From NCBI RefSeq assembly GCF_947568905.1, contig NC_079169.1:66464001-66528000 (forward strand): a stretch of 64,000 nucleotides of DNA, written 5' to 3'. Positions 1-12,412 of the stretch are shown one piece after another (position 1 is the first letter of the stretch; every line of letters starts with the position of its first letter). The translations under genes and the position numbers were made by a program. The DNA comes from Ostrea edulis. Its lineage: Eukaryota. The notes beneath the pieces were generated by a model, which was not told the DNA's origin, searched no databases, and saw only the letters and a list, made by a program, of their open reading frames with translations.

Positions 1-1096
1 AGACGCTTGACTGATCACGCTTCGATAGATCTAGCGACATCAATACAGGTGAATACCCCGTATAGAAGCCAGTGATAAACAATTAAATAATGTTTATTTA
101 GAAATTGTACTCTATGAAATTTACTTCATTTTTCATATTTTGATAATCAAAGAAATAATTTCTCAACCATCTGCATGTTCAGCATAGTGTGATTACCTTC
201 GCTATTAAAACTCTATTCACGGACAGCTTTGGTACCAAACAAGAAAGACAAGATTTATCGTAGCAATGTTACAACTGCTTGGGTAACTGCTTGGACATAG
301 GTGACTAAAGGTGTTCAATTAAAAAAATTGTTCGTTGTTTGGACATGCAGCTTGAGTGTTCGTAAATCTCGTCCATACATACACCAATCTATCGACCGAT
401 TCGTGCACGGCATTTACCTCAGTGAATATTTTAAAATCCCTTGATGCGCACGTGATTTTAGTGCCATCATTTAGCGTTATAAATGAAATCTTCGTGCATC
501 ATTATATTTTTTTTATGTGGATTGCGCTTAAATTGTTCTCCGTGCATGTTTATCGTTGGTGAGAAGTGTGTAAGTTGGGTATCGTGTGCGTTTTGTGTCT
601 ATAGTTTTGTTGTTGTTTTTTTGGGTGGGATTTTTTTTATTGTGTTGTGTATTGTGTAATTGGAGAACTTAATAAAAACGATGTTTTGTTATTTTTTTAA
701 TACGAGTGTTGAATACGAACCGGAACAAGTTATTGAGAGAAATTTACATGAACGCATTGTTTTAAAGTTGAATAAAATGGCGGTCCAAACGAGACAAAGC
801 AACGTTCATCAAAACATCCTTATGTATCCTACACCGAAATAAAGAAAAGGGATAAGAACATGAAGAATTACGGACATTAAAGATAAGATGTAAATAAAAC
901 AAAGTATCATAGTCTTTTAAACAAAGATACAGTAAAGATATATTCACACACCCCTTCACGGAGTACCAACGGACGATATACAATTTCCAAATGATAATTT
1001 TAACGGATTTCACTGGGAACGTTTATTACATTGCCCCCGGTATTACGTTATTTTATCGTGACAAAATGGAAAACGTAATAACGGGGTTCCACTGTA
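1..1096. mobile_element. Right-hand part of a TA-targeting Tc1/pogo-like non-autonomous DNA transposon (left end outside window)
   Basis: Ends in GGGGTTCCACTG+TA (reverse complement TACAGTGGAACC, a pogo/Tc1-type terminus); subterminal inverted motif CCGGTATTACG / CGTAATAACGG; CpG-richer than flanks. Confidence 0.55.
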
Positions 1097-1249
1097 TTCC
1101 TATCTACTGCAGTCATACAGAGTATTCTAATATTCCTATCTACTGCAGTCATACAGAGTATTCTAATATTCCTATCTACTAAAGTCATACAGAGTATTCT
1201 AATATTCCTATCTACTAAAGTCATACAGAGTATTCTAATATTCCTATCT
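1095..1249. repeat. 36-bp tandem repeat, about 4.3 copies
   Basis: Unit TATTCCTATCTACT(GC/AA)AGTCATACAGAGTATTCTAA starts at 1095, 1131, 1167, 1203; partial copy at 1239. Confidence 0.97.
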
Positions 1250-1761
1250 TTTGTACATCTGAAATACTTGGAAAATTTTCTGGATCATATTTGTATTGAT
1301 TTCTTTTTAAATTATCTATGAAGTTTCAGTTTACATAAGACTTCTGAATATAGTCACATTATTGGTTGACTGCAGTAGTGGGAGGTACATGCACTTGCAC
1401 TTCATTCACTGTTGGCGTAGACTTTACATCACTTATTTCATGAGGCCTATTTTTGCAAGGACACAATGATATATTTATTTATGAGACGTTACTTTCATTA
1501 ATTATTATTTATTGCATAAGTCTTGTATATACGAGTTCATTTACAAGAACAAAATTTTCGCAAATGGCTAGTCTCTTGAAATTACATTGAATTAAGTTCC
1601 AACAAATAGAACATGATTTACAGTATACCAAATTTAGGGCATTATTGAAAAACAAATGAGAATATTAAAAGCTAAGTTTTGATGATATGGAAATAATGAT
1701 GCTGTGATTAGATTGAATTTGGAAGAAAAGAAGATTTCAATATTGTGGGGGTTTTTTATAG

Positions 1762-1848
1762 TTAGAAGATGTGATGGAAACGGAAACATATAAGAAGGCC
1801 AAAGAAATTTTAGAGAAGTTTGATCCAGGAAGATTCAAAGAAATGCAG
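1762..1848 (+). CDS. LNPK: Lunapark (ER junction formation factor) exon; first exon seen in window, 5' exons upstream
   Basis: ttttatag|LEDVMETETYKKAKEILEKFDPGRFKEMQ|gtaact, phase 0-0; matches the lunapark motif LEEVMEKETYKTAKLILERFDP. Confidence 0.93.
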
Positions 1849-1890
1849 GTAACTACACAATGCATAGGTCACATGATAGTCATGTGCATA

Positions 1891-2916
1891 CACTCCGGTG
1901 CCAAAAGGTTAAAATCAGGGTTAGTGAATTTGAATCCTTCCACCATCTGTCAATTTCTAACTTTGAAAATAAACCTCAAAGCAGAAAATCATGATCCAAA
2001 ATAGATAAGGACTACAACTCTCTCAAAAATTGTAAAGAAAGATGAGAGGAAAAGTTTACCGGACATCACAGGAACGTAGTTAGTTCAGTGCTAAAACAGT
2101 TTCAAGAAGAAATATATAGTGCGAGCTACATCACTAGGAGGAATACTGGAGGCAAAAAAAAATGGGATGGGGGGGGGGGGGGGTGAAGGGAACAGGAAAA
2201 TATGGAGATGGGGAATATTAACTTGAAAAGTTGACTATCACTAGAAAAATGTTATTTTTAGATTATTGGTGATGAGATGCCCACAGTTGTAAAACTTGAT
2301 AGAGTGTGTAGGAAAACATTTGAAAAATGGAGAGGCTGTTGCTTAGGGTATATAGGGCAGGGACCCTCGGCAGTTTGAAGTGAATGGTTTTGGAGACAAT
2401 TACTTACCATGGAACTGGAATACTGGCATTTGTTGTCGGTATCATGAATTCTCAGAAGTACATAAATGTGTTCGATGAACATTTATGGCCTGTGATCATG
2501 AAATATTTTGGAAATTCATCTTAGCATTTTATGAACTAAAATGGTCTTGTTCCTTGCTCTCAAGAGATAGAGGAGCAGAAACCTAAAAACGACATCCTGC
2601 CATTTTTTGGCCTTGCAATGCCATTCCTATTGAATATGTCTGACTTGTTTTGGGAAATCATTTAAAACAGAGAATCTTCCACATCCTTACTGTTAATGAC
2701 CTAAAACACAAATTAAAGTATGCTTGGAACAATTTGTTGACAATTTACCACTGAGTCAGGTACTTCTTCTCCAGTCTACCAAAACAATGTCAGAAAGTAT
2801 TTGTCTCCAAAGTGTCATCTCAGAATATTGAATCGGAATACAATGTAATAAAATGTGAACAAAATCTTCAGTAGCCATCTTGGGGAGAACATTGACATAC
2901 TTTTGTCAAGTGAGTG
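1891..2916 (+). pseudogene. Degenerate Tc1-family transposon with decayed DD34E transposase, in LNPK intron
   Basis: TA|CACTCCGGTGCCAAAAG left end and CTTTTGTCAAGTGAGTG right end. The interior reads, with stops and frameshifts, IIGDE...MVLETITYHGTGILAFVVGIMNSQKYINVFDEHLWPVIMKYFGNSS*HFMN*N..., typical of the Tc1 catalytic core. Confidence 0.8.
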
Positions 2917-2949
2917 TCGTAGGTAAACATAAATTATATTGCTCTGTTA

Positions 2950-4562
2950 TCTATTTACAGTAAAACACAGTTATACATTTACAGTAAAACACAGTTATAT
3001 ATTTACAGTAAAAATGGTGTGACACTTACAGTAAACACAGTTACAACAAACATGTTTATAATGAATTCACACTTACAGTAAAACAGTTACAACAAACATG
3101 TTTATAATGAATTCACACTTACAGTAAAACACAGTTACAACAAACATGTTTATAATGAATTCACACTTACAGTAAAGCACAGGGAACGCAGAGGGTTAAT
3201 TAATACCCTTTGTTAACAAGATTTAGTTTCATTCAAAAACAAGTGTAGAGATACAGTAAAACACAGTTACAACAAACATGCTTATAATGAATTCACACTT
3301 ACAGTAAAACACAGTTACAACAAACATGTTTATAATGAATTCACACTTACAGTAAAACAGTTACAACAAACATGTTTATAATGAATTCACACTTACAGTA
3401 AAACACAGTTACAACAAACATGTTTATAATGAATTCACACTTACAGTAAAGCACAGGGAACGCAGAGGGTTAATTAATACCCTTTGTTAACAAGATTTAG
3501 TTTCATTCAAAAACAAGTGTAGAGATACAGTAAAACACAGTTACAACAAACATGCTTATAATGAATTCACACTTACAGTAAAACACAGTTACAACAAACA
3601 TGTTTATAATGAATTCACACTTACAGTAAACACAGTTACAACAAACATGTTTATAATGAATTCACACTTACAGTAAAACACAGTTACAACAAACATACTT
3701 ATAATGAATTCACACTTACAGTAAAACACAGTTACAACAAACATGTTTATAATGAATTCACACTTACAGTAAAACACAATTACAACAAACATGTTTATAA
3801 TGAATTCACACTTACAGTAAAACGCAGTTACAACAAACATACTTATAATGAATTCACACTTACAGTAAAACACAGTTACAACAAACATGTTTATAATGAA
3901 TTCACACTTACAGTAAAGCACAGGGAACGCAGAGGGTTAATTAATACCCTTTGTTAACAAGATTTAGTTTCATTCAAAAACAAGTGTAGAGATACAGTAA
4001 AACACAGTTACAACAAACATGTTTATAATGAATTCACACTTACAGTAAAACACAGTTACAACAAACATGTTTATAATGAATTCACACTTACAGTAAAACA
4101 CAGTTACAACAAACATACTTATAATGAATTCACACTTACAGTAAACACAGTTACAACAAACATGTTTATAATGAATTCACACTTACAGTAAAGCACAGGG
4201 AACGCAGAGGGTTAATTAATACCCTTTGTTAACAAGATTTAGTTTCATTCAAAAACAAGTGTAGAGATACAGTAAAACACAGTTACAACAAACATGTTTA
4301 TAATGAATTCACACTTACAGTAAAACACAGTTACAACAAACATGTTTATAATGAATTCACACTTACAGTAAAACACAGTTACAACAAACATACTTATAAT
4401 GAATTCACACTTACAGTAAACACAGTTACAACAAACATGTTTATAATGAATTCACACTTACAGTAAAACACAGTTACAACAAACATACTTATAATGAATT
4501 CACACTTACAGTAAAACAGTTACAACAAACATGTTTATAATGAATTCACACTTACAGTAAAG
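2950..4562. repeat. 48-bp satellite (about 25 units) interrupted by four copies of an 84-bp variant unit
   Basis: Unit TACAGTAAAACACAGTTACAACAAACATGTTTATAATGAATTCACACT; 84-bp unit TACAGTAAAGCACAGGGAACGCAGAGGG...GTAGAGA near 3168, 3441, 3909 and 4183. Confidence 0.97.
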
Positions 4563-4673
4563 GGATTTTTATTCCCTGTAGTTTTAAAACATATGAACTT
4601 ACTGTATGTAACATTCATTAACAAATCAAAACAGCTTGTCCCCATCACTTTGCTGTAAGCATGCTTTACTGTA
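4505..4673. mobile_element. Short TA-flanked MITE whose left end is the 48-bp satellite unit
   Basis: Starts TACAGTAAAAC and ends GCATGCTTTACTGTA (inverted terminal repeat); about 170 bp. Confidence 0.7.
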
Positions 4674-5046
4674 TTTAGTAAAACCTTTTATAAGGAATAT
4701 TAAAGATCTTTGTGTATATTTGGGAGTCATTTATTGGCATTTTAAAAGTGAGGTTTGAACTTGGCAATAGGATTTGCTATCAACATAGAAACTGAATGCT
4801 GAATTTGACAATGAGGAATAGATATCGCCTCCTCATAACAAAATTCCTCAAAACCATTTCTCGCTTTCAAAATTTTTTGAAAGATTTGGTAGTGGATTGT
4901 AACAAAGTATTCCTTTAGTTGAGATTTCTCTATAACACGTTCCTTACAGAAACAAGTTTTACTGTATATTAGTGAACTTTTATTTATTTGGAGTCTTGCC
5001 TCCATGTAGCCTGTCTAAGAATAATTTGTTGATATTTTTTTTTTAG

Positions 5047-5089
5047 ACACCTGCACCATCAACTCCTAAACTCCCTTCTCCAGGATCAG
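5047..5089 (+). CDS. LNPK: Lunapark exon
   Basis: tttttag|TPAPSTPKLPSPGS-G|gtattt, phase 0-1, fits between flanking exons (gives GSDMRQR; vertebrate GQEIRQR). Confidence 0.8.
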
Positions 5090-5188
5090 GTATTTCCTTA
5101 AAAAAAAATGGACTCGTACAATGTCTTTTAAAAAATGGCTTTATTCCAGGTTATCAAATAACAACATTTTATAGGAATTCTTTAACAT

Positions 5189-6399
5189 ACAGTCAAACCT
5201 GTATTAAGAGACCGTCCAACGGAGAATGGAAAAAAGGTCACATATGACAGGTGGTCTCTTAATACAGGTTGCCTATTTTCTGCAGTTAATTGATAAAATT
5301 TCGCAAATAATTTGTACAATGGAGAAAATGACTACATGTATTTGGAATTTATCATTAAGAATATCAAGTACGGTTTTAATAGTTGCAAAATAAAATTAAT
5401 AATACACTGTGGTTAAAAATCTAGAATACAGTGTGTTGTATCATAATTTATTATTCATCAAAATTACATTTAATATGTTTAAGATTGATAAACATGCATT
5501 TCATATTACACATTTACATGAGATTTAAATTTCGTTGATGAACTGCATGTAAATTTTCTAAAACTTACAAACACTTTGTTGTAAAGAGTATTTATATATA
5601 GCCTACTTGTACAGTGTAACTAAAAATGCAATACTTGTGGTAAGAAAGCAAAATGATGAAGTGTTGCATCTCTTTTTGTACAATACATGCTGGAAATATG
5701 TTATTCAATTTGAGAAACATTAAATAAATCACAGTATCCATTGTACATGCACAGCAAATCTTTTAAGCTTTGAACTAATGCAGGCAACTTTCTTGAACTC
5801 GGACATGTCGAAGCGAGCCGCTAGTTCCGGTCATTATTCTGGAAACCTCGAGTATCTCGTGCAGGAAAACTGCGAATACTCCATTTAAAATTTCAGTCCT
5901 AAGCACAATATTTACCTGATTTATATTTTAATTGGGCAATTTTTTCACATAATGGTATAACAAGTGGTAGATTTTCATTTCCGATCTAGCGAAATTCACA
6001 CCTTCAAATACACCGGCCTTGATTTTGTTAAATAAACAACAATTTGGGTTTTATTAATTAACCACACACGACCCTGCATGTTGACAGATTGGGTATAATA
6101 ATTAATTCAGAGGGCCTACTAAACAAGATCACCGCCAAACTATGCGATATAAAACGAAAGTGTTAGGGGCGATAATTCCCAGAATAGTCGTGCGTTTGAA
6201 AACGAAAGTGTTAGGGGCGATAATTCCCAGAATAGTCGGCTCAACCAAAATCGAAAGTAGTAATCGTTGGTCGCGTCAGACAGTGGTCGTTTATTACGGA
6301 TACAATATATAGAAAAACGTTTTTGGGGGGAACTTTTTATGGTCACATACGACAGTGAGTCGCTTAATACAGTGGGTCGCTATGGCAGTTTTGACTGTA
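5189..6399 (+). mobile_element. pogo/Tigger-like non-autonomous DNA transposon, copy 1
   Basis: TA-CAGTCAAA...TTTGACTG-TA termini; subterminal GTATTAAGAGACC/GGTCTCTTAATAC palindromes; internal 2x tandem AAACGAAAGTGTTAGGGGCGATAATTCCCAGAATAGTCG; closely similar to 38639-40009. Confidence 0.9.
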
Positions 6400-6720
6400 C
6401 CTTTGTTTGTTAAATCATTTGAGCTGAATTTGACTTTTGATCTTGGCCACCAAACAAAGTCAGACAAGAAACAAATGAGGGGAAGCAGAAAAGTAAAATA
6501 TCATTGATAAAATTTTTAATGACAATTTAGTATCCGTGTAAATTCACCAAATCATCTTATCACAAAAAAGGAATATTCTCTTGAACATATGTGTGTAGTG
6601 TGAAACAAATGGAACGTTTTTCTACATTTCCTTTTTTGCTAATAAATTTTTGAAAGCAACCTCATAGTAACAAAAGATCTCAGGAAGTACCAGTGATTTA
6701 AAAATAATTATTATTTTCAG

Positions 6721-6915
6721 ATATGAGACAACGAGTGAATGCAAGAATGACCACAATAGGTCCAACAGGAGGAACACGGCCTGCCACTCCATACCCCAGG
6801 ACAAAGACCCCTTATCAACGGACCCCAGGGATGGGGCAGCCCATGCCCAGACCTTACACGACTCCTAACATACCAGGGCAGGTCAGACCAAGAATGCTGA
6901 TTTCACCACAACAAG
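6721..6915 (+). CDS. LNPK: Lunapark exon (Pro-rich linker)
   Basis: ttttcag|D-MRQRVNARMTTIGPTGG...PRMLISPQQ-G|gtatat, phase 1-1. Confidence 0.88.
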
Positions 6916-7038
6916 GTATATAGCAGGGAATATCAGGAATATGTGTCTTAAAAGGACTGCATTGTTACAATGAAGAAATGTAAGTCTCTGTACATAGTGG
7001 AGAAAGTAGAGATGAGCTGGTACTGTTGGATTTTGTAG

Positions 7039-7212
7039 GACCTCCACCAACAGGTTCCCTGACTCGACCTGTACCACCTCGTGACCGCTCCAAAATGGAC
7101 AGAATGTTGGAGTACCTCCTAGGAGATGGACCACAACACAAATATGCTCTAATTTGTCAGAAGTGTGCGTCACACAATGGCATGGCACTGAAGGAGGAGT
7201 TCGAATTCATTG
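7039..7212 (+). CDS. LNPK: Lunapark exon (zinc ribbon, first CxxC)
   Basis: ttttgtag|GPPPTGSLTRPVPPRDRSKMDRMLEYLLGDGPQHKYALICQKCASHNGMALKEEFEFI|gtattt; hallmark lunapark motif GDGPQxRYALICxxCxSHNGMALKEEF. Confidence 0.97.
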
Positions 7213-7260
7213 GTATTTTTCACTTTCAGTATTCTGGTGTTTATTAAGAAAAACTTTCAC

Positions 7261-7899
7261 TTATTAGCTCACCTGAATTATAAGCTCAAGTGAGCTTTTC
7301 TGATCACAATTTGTTTGGCATCCGTTTGTCTTTTTTTGACACTTCACACTTTTTTTACTTCTCGAGAACCAAAGGACAAAATCCAACCAAACCTTGCCAT
7401 AAAGCTTCCTCGGATAAAGGGGATTCAAAGTTGTTTAAATGAAGGGTTACACAAAGGGGAGGTAGTTTAAAAATGGTGAAAATATAGTGGCAATTGTTAA
7501 AAACTTCTAAAGAACCAGAACACACAAAACTTGCTTAAAAGCTTCCTAAATGAATGGAGATTGAAAATTCTTTAAATCATAGCCCCTGGGGGAAGTATGG
7601 GGTCACAATATGGGATCAAAGTTTTACATTCGGATATAGAGGAAAAATGTTTTTCTCAAGATCAACAGTGGCATGATTAGTCATATCAATATGCAAGCAA
7701 TAACAAATATTGTAAATTCATATTTATTCAAACCACTGCCCCAGTTTTAAAGACACAACCCCATGGGGCTAGGTAGGGATCATAATATGGAATCTTAAAT
7801 TTGTTGTGGGATTAAAGAGGGTAGAGATCTTTTAAAGATCTGAAGAACAGCAAGGCCAAGTTAATTCATGTGAGTGTTGTGGCCCATGGGCCTCTTGTT
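7261..7899 (+). mobile_element. Non-autonomous Helentron (HINE-type) element filling most of an LNPK intron
   Basis: 5' TTATTAGCTCACCTGA..AGCTCAAGTGAGC; 3' GTGAGTGTTGTGGCCCATGGGCCTCTTGTT with terminal hairpin GGCCCATGGGCC; same ends as 45406-46274. Confidence 0.8.
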
Positions 7900-7969
7900 A
7901 ATGTAACTGTTATCGACAGAATAATCGCATCATTACAACAGACAGTATTTTGATTGTCTACTGTTTCAG

Positions 7970-8083
7970 CTTTTAGATGTGCCTACTGTCGATTCTTCAA
8001 TCCAGCAAGAAAAGAGCGACCCACCGCACCAAAGCTGGACTTCGATACGCCACGCTCAGCCAGGAAATTAATAACCAATACAG
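7970..8083 (+). CDS. LNPK: Lunapark exon (second CxxC); GC splice donor
   Basis: tttcag|AFRCAYCRFFNPARKERPTAPKLDFDTPRSARKLITNT-G|gcaaga; matches AFRCAYCxFLNPARKxRP. In-frame TAA follows, with no usable GT before it. Confidence 0.92.
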
Positions 8084-8109
8084 GCAAGAAATTTTAAAAC
8101 TTGGTTTAA

Positions 8110-8424
8110 GAAGGTACTCTACATTGTCATAATGTCTGACTTCCTTTTTAAAAATGGATGAAAACATAAATATCTGCAATATTTGCCTATTCATTTAAAA
8201 AAATCATCACCTAGCTGAGTAGGTTAGCATGTCAACTGCTGAACTATTTAGATGGCAGGTTCAAGTCCAGCAGAGATTTTGAATTTTTTTTTTCCAGATT
8301 CCTTTTTACTAAAACTGCATTTTTTGACTTGAGTAAAGTAAATTTGAAAGTTTTTAATTTCAAAATATTGTTGTACATATCCCCCTCTTTTCATCCGTAT
8401 CAAATTTATCTGGTGTAGCATATC
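8110..8424 (+). mobile_element. TTAA-flanked Kolobok-like MITE with internal tRNA-like module, copy A
   Basis: TTAA at 8106-8109 and 8425-8428; terminal repeat G(G/A)AGGTAYTCTACA; homologous to 16112-16429 and 22667-22984. Confidence 0.8.
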
Positions 8425-8496
8425 TTAAATCTTCTTTGTTTAGAATTTAAAAATTGCCATATGTAGAAATCTGGAATGTTTATTTGCATTTCCTCG

Positions 8497-8820
8497 GGCC
8501 GGTCACATTGGCTCAGTGGTTAGAGCTTTCGCTTTATAACCGGGAGGTCATGAGTTTGAGCCCTGCTCATGTCATGGTTGCATCAAACTCAATATGTAAA
8601 AATAGAGAGTGATTGCTCCTTCACACATTAGAAGTGAGAGTCGCAAGTTTTTTGGATAGGATCTATAAAATGGAGGTTCTATTTAGTTACAAGCATTTGC
8701 ACATCAAAGAACCCTAACTGCTACTACTCAGAGCACCAGCCATAAGTGTAGTCTAAAGTGGTATTTCATAAGTGGTATTTCACTTACAACTGGTGACGTC
8801 TCAAAATGAGTGAAAAAGTT
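8497..8820 (+). mobile_element. tRNA-derived SINE (Meta-domain-like), degenerate
   Basis: Head TGGCTCAGTGGTTAGAGC...GAGTTTGAGCCC (A/B boxes); body and tail align with 61004-61359. Confidence 0.8.
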
Positions 8821-9045
8821 TCCTTTCTAAAAGACTAGATATTATACTTCTCAATGTATAGAATTTGATGGAGGTGATCTGATGGTAAAAGAATGGCATC
8901 CACTAATTTTAGGGTCATTGGTCAAAGTTACAATGGCTTATTTTGATTGCATGTACTATTGACAAAGTTTTGCCAGGTTCCTGGTCAGTTTTAGATTTCC
9001 TGATCGCTGTAAGATTGAAATGATGTGAGACTTTCTCTTACACAG

Positions 9046-9326
9046 GCATCGAGGAGGAGGAAGATGAAGACGAGGAGAGTACTACAGAGTCTATAGAGGA
9101 GGAGGACCAATCAGCTAATTCTACCTCATCTGCTAAAGAGTCAACACAGGAAATGAAAGTTACATCAACCAGTTTATCACAAGACGAACCTATAAAAGAA
9201 AACCCTGAAGAATCCATGGAAACAGAAGAGAATGATGATCTAGCTCAATTGCAGCAATCCGATAACTCAGAAATAGATGATTTTCAACATGTTGATCCAG
9301 TTAAAGATTTTCAGGAGAAGACTTAA
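9046..9326 (+). CDS. LNPK: Lunapark terminal coding exon (acidic tail)
   Basis: ctcttacacag|G-IEEEEDEDEESTTES...DFQEKT*, phase 1, TAA at 9324-9326; followed by a long AT-rich 3' UTR-like region (AATAAA near 11685). Confidence 0.85.
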
Positions 9327-12300
9327 TCTCACGTGATTAACTTTATGGATTAGTTTTGAATTATTTTTTCCTATTTAAAACATGCAGGTTTTCCCATGTC
9401 TTTTGTCCGAATATTTGAACCTTTGTTTTCCTTTCAACTAAGTCCTGAAGGATTGTCGTAGTTGATGATTGTTAAGTACGTGTGGTGAAAAATGTTTATG
9501 TCTGATGATACAACTCTGAAATCTACAGTAATTTCTTTTAATTATACATGTATTGTTACGTTATGTAAATAATCTTACCTGTATTGCTGTTTAATTTTGA
9601 TGTTTTCATAGACTTTGAATTATCAAGTTAAGTTTGCCAGCAGTACTTAATTAGTCATGCAAGAATGTTTTTGATTTATTTTGATTCGTATGGTATCCAT
9701 GTTGGCAAAAAAAAAAAAACCCACATTTTTCTGAAATGTCCAGGTATTGGGAGAAATTATGTACAATGGATATTACAAATATTATTAAAAAATAGAGTGT
9801 AGATAGAGGTAAGAATTGGTAGTGTTGTAGTAGTTGTAGAAATCCTACTTAACGACAGCTAGCTGACTAACCGTTTGTGTTCATTCAAGTTCTTTTCACC
9901 AAAGCGTGAGTTTATAACTCTTGCCAGCATATTACTGTTTTTGTTCTTATAGGAAACTGGGTTTTGTCTGTCCATATACTCAATTCTACCTTTGAGTCAC
10001 AACTTATGCTATGCATTTCAGGGATGATTTTAGATATTAATTGCAGCTAATTATTGTCATTAATGAAGGGAACATTTGTTTTGTAATTTTTGATTTGGTA
10101 TGGATGCCTCTTAGACTGAACGTACAAATTGAAGTTGATTTTAATCACAGCATGCAGTAGCCCGTGTCCCTAAATGATTATTTTGTACGTTTTCTTCAAC
10201 AGTTGAAATATGTATGTGCAGGACAAATCATTTGTTCATTATATGATACATTTTGTCCAATTACAAGAGTATACATTCGAAATTGCCAATCGCATCATCT
10301 AAAAACATCCATGCTATAGATTTTCCTTTTTAGATTGAATTATTTTTTTCTTTTACGTTAACATTCATGGGTGAACTACTTGTATGTGTATTGCTAGGAA
10401 TTAGTTTTTTTCTTTTCTTTCTGAATTCTAATTTTATTCTTGATGTAAGAAATAGATGTGTGGATTGTTTGTATCTTGGGTATAATACAATAGAAGCAGG
10501 GAGTAATTTGTATTGTCAATGAAGCAAATTAACCTCTTCATCATTTTTATATACCTCATAGTACAAACAAGCCTTATATTTGTATTTCATAATTTAAGTT
10601 TTTTATGTACGATTGCATAGGTTTATCACTAACAAAATAATTGTAACTATTACCTTGTCAAATTCATTTGATGTTTGTGATTTAAGGGGAAAAAATCAAA
10701 AACGATATTAATTGCACTGTACATGATAAAATGAATCGTAAGGAAAATGTTAGAAGAATGCTCACATTCCAGAATTTAGTGGTGTATACTTGTGTGGAAA
10801 TGTAATTATATGATTGTGTGCAGTTGTACATTTGTATTATATATATGCAAAGAGTTTTATTTATATTCATTAACTTATAAGTGTGGTTATTAACAGGTGA
10901 AAATCAAAAGTATGAAAAGATACTGTAAAATTATTTTATAACTGCAAGTGCCATTGTTGATAGATTTTGTGTACCATTTATTGTGTGCCAGTACCCTATA
11001 CTTTATATAGTAATGTTGCTTTTATGTCTTGATAGATAAATTTGACTTGATGTTTTTGAGAGAAAAAACCACCTTTAAAATCCAACATTTGAGTATGTGT
11101 ATTTTTATTTCAGCGAGAAGTTTTTCGTGATCATTATCTCCATGATGAGTACTACACATTGATAAGTTAAAAATGAGTCTTGTGAAAACTTATTGCAATG
11201 ATATACATACAAGCTGCACTTTTTTATAAAAAAATTATTTAAATATTGTACAATTGCATGGATGTGCATAATTATAGTACTGTACTGTTTTCTTGATGTT
11301 GTATGCTCATTATTTATTATCAAGTTAAGAGTAAATGATTGTGTGTTTTACAATATAGAAGAAAATTTGGTTACAGCCATGTTGGCAAGGGGGGTTTTGT
11401 TTCAAAGTTTTAGTATTCCATGCAGAGGAAATCTAAATACTGGCAGGCATATTCACTGCTGAGTTTACAAAATACATTCAAATACTGGCCCTTCTCAGAC
11501 CACATCCTTTACTGGAACTCTGCTGTGCAGTTCAAGAACATTCTCGTGATATACAGTAAACGTGATCACATAAAGCAAATTATATTTATACAGGTACTAC
11601 TAAAATAGCAAAATTCTGCAAATTTACAGTGTTTCAAATACTTTTTATTCAAGGTAAGGAATTATATGATTCATATTCCTTAAGAATAAAATAAAAATTG
11701 TTGAGCAACCTGAAAAGAAGAGTTCCAAAAAGGAGGAGAATATTGTCAGATAAGCTGTTCTAGTCACTACTGCACAGGAACTCGTGGATAGAATATTTGT
11801 TTTTGTGTTATGTTGTCCTTGCTGTGCCAATGTTGTTTCTTTACCTAGTACATTCCTTGTATAGTGGAACCTGTCTAATCCGAATGTTACACTCACTCCT
11901 TGTAATGTTGTCTTTGTCCTGTATTGAACAGTTTAGACAGGTGGCACTGTGCATTGTGTTGGGGTCAAATGATATAAGTGATATGTGTAATGATCAGACA
12001 TGTGTTTTATCTGTGGTGTAATTGTTTAAAACTACTGAGGAGTTGGATCGACCCTGAATTGTAGTTTCAAACTATAGATAATAAATGCTGTGAAAATGAT
12101 TCTCATCTAGACCATATTGTCAGATTGTTACCAAATTTAGACTTACTTATAGTTCATTATTATTATTAAACTGTTGAAACTTGGCTTGTATTGTTTTCAA
12201 GTTATCTTTGTCACATTTTGTCTTACAGTTGAACTCTTGATTTCAATTGTGTCTTGCAGTTGAACTTGGATTTCAAAGTATTGTACTTTGCATCATCAGA

Positions 12301-12412
12301 TACAATGTTAATTTGGATATGGCTTACAGTAATTAGGGCCCCATCTAACCCTATAGGGGGGGGGGGGGGGTGTCTGCAACTACTGGAATGAAAAACTTTT
12401 TGCTTGACCAAT

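Noticed and set aside
1329-1383. Exon-like segment (tttcag...GAG|gtacat) upstream of the first LNPK exon
   Set aside because: No frame resembles the lunapark transmembrane or coiled-coil region; two frames are closed.
3604-3921. 105-aa minus-strand ORF with repeated FYCKCEF motif
   Set aside because: Translation of the 48-bp satellite (unit divisible by 3); no splice or homology support.
2950-4562. Repeat-spacer look of the 48-bp array (CRISPR-like)
   Set aside because: The interrupting segments are identical to each other, most repeats are directly adjacent, there are no cas genes and the context is a eukaryotic intron.
8497-8570. Possible tRNA genes here and at 16258-16328, 55650-55995, 61004-61070 and 63420-63490
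   Set aside because: Acceptor stems do not pair, and each is embedded in a SINE or MITE body.
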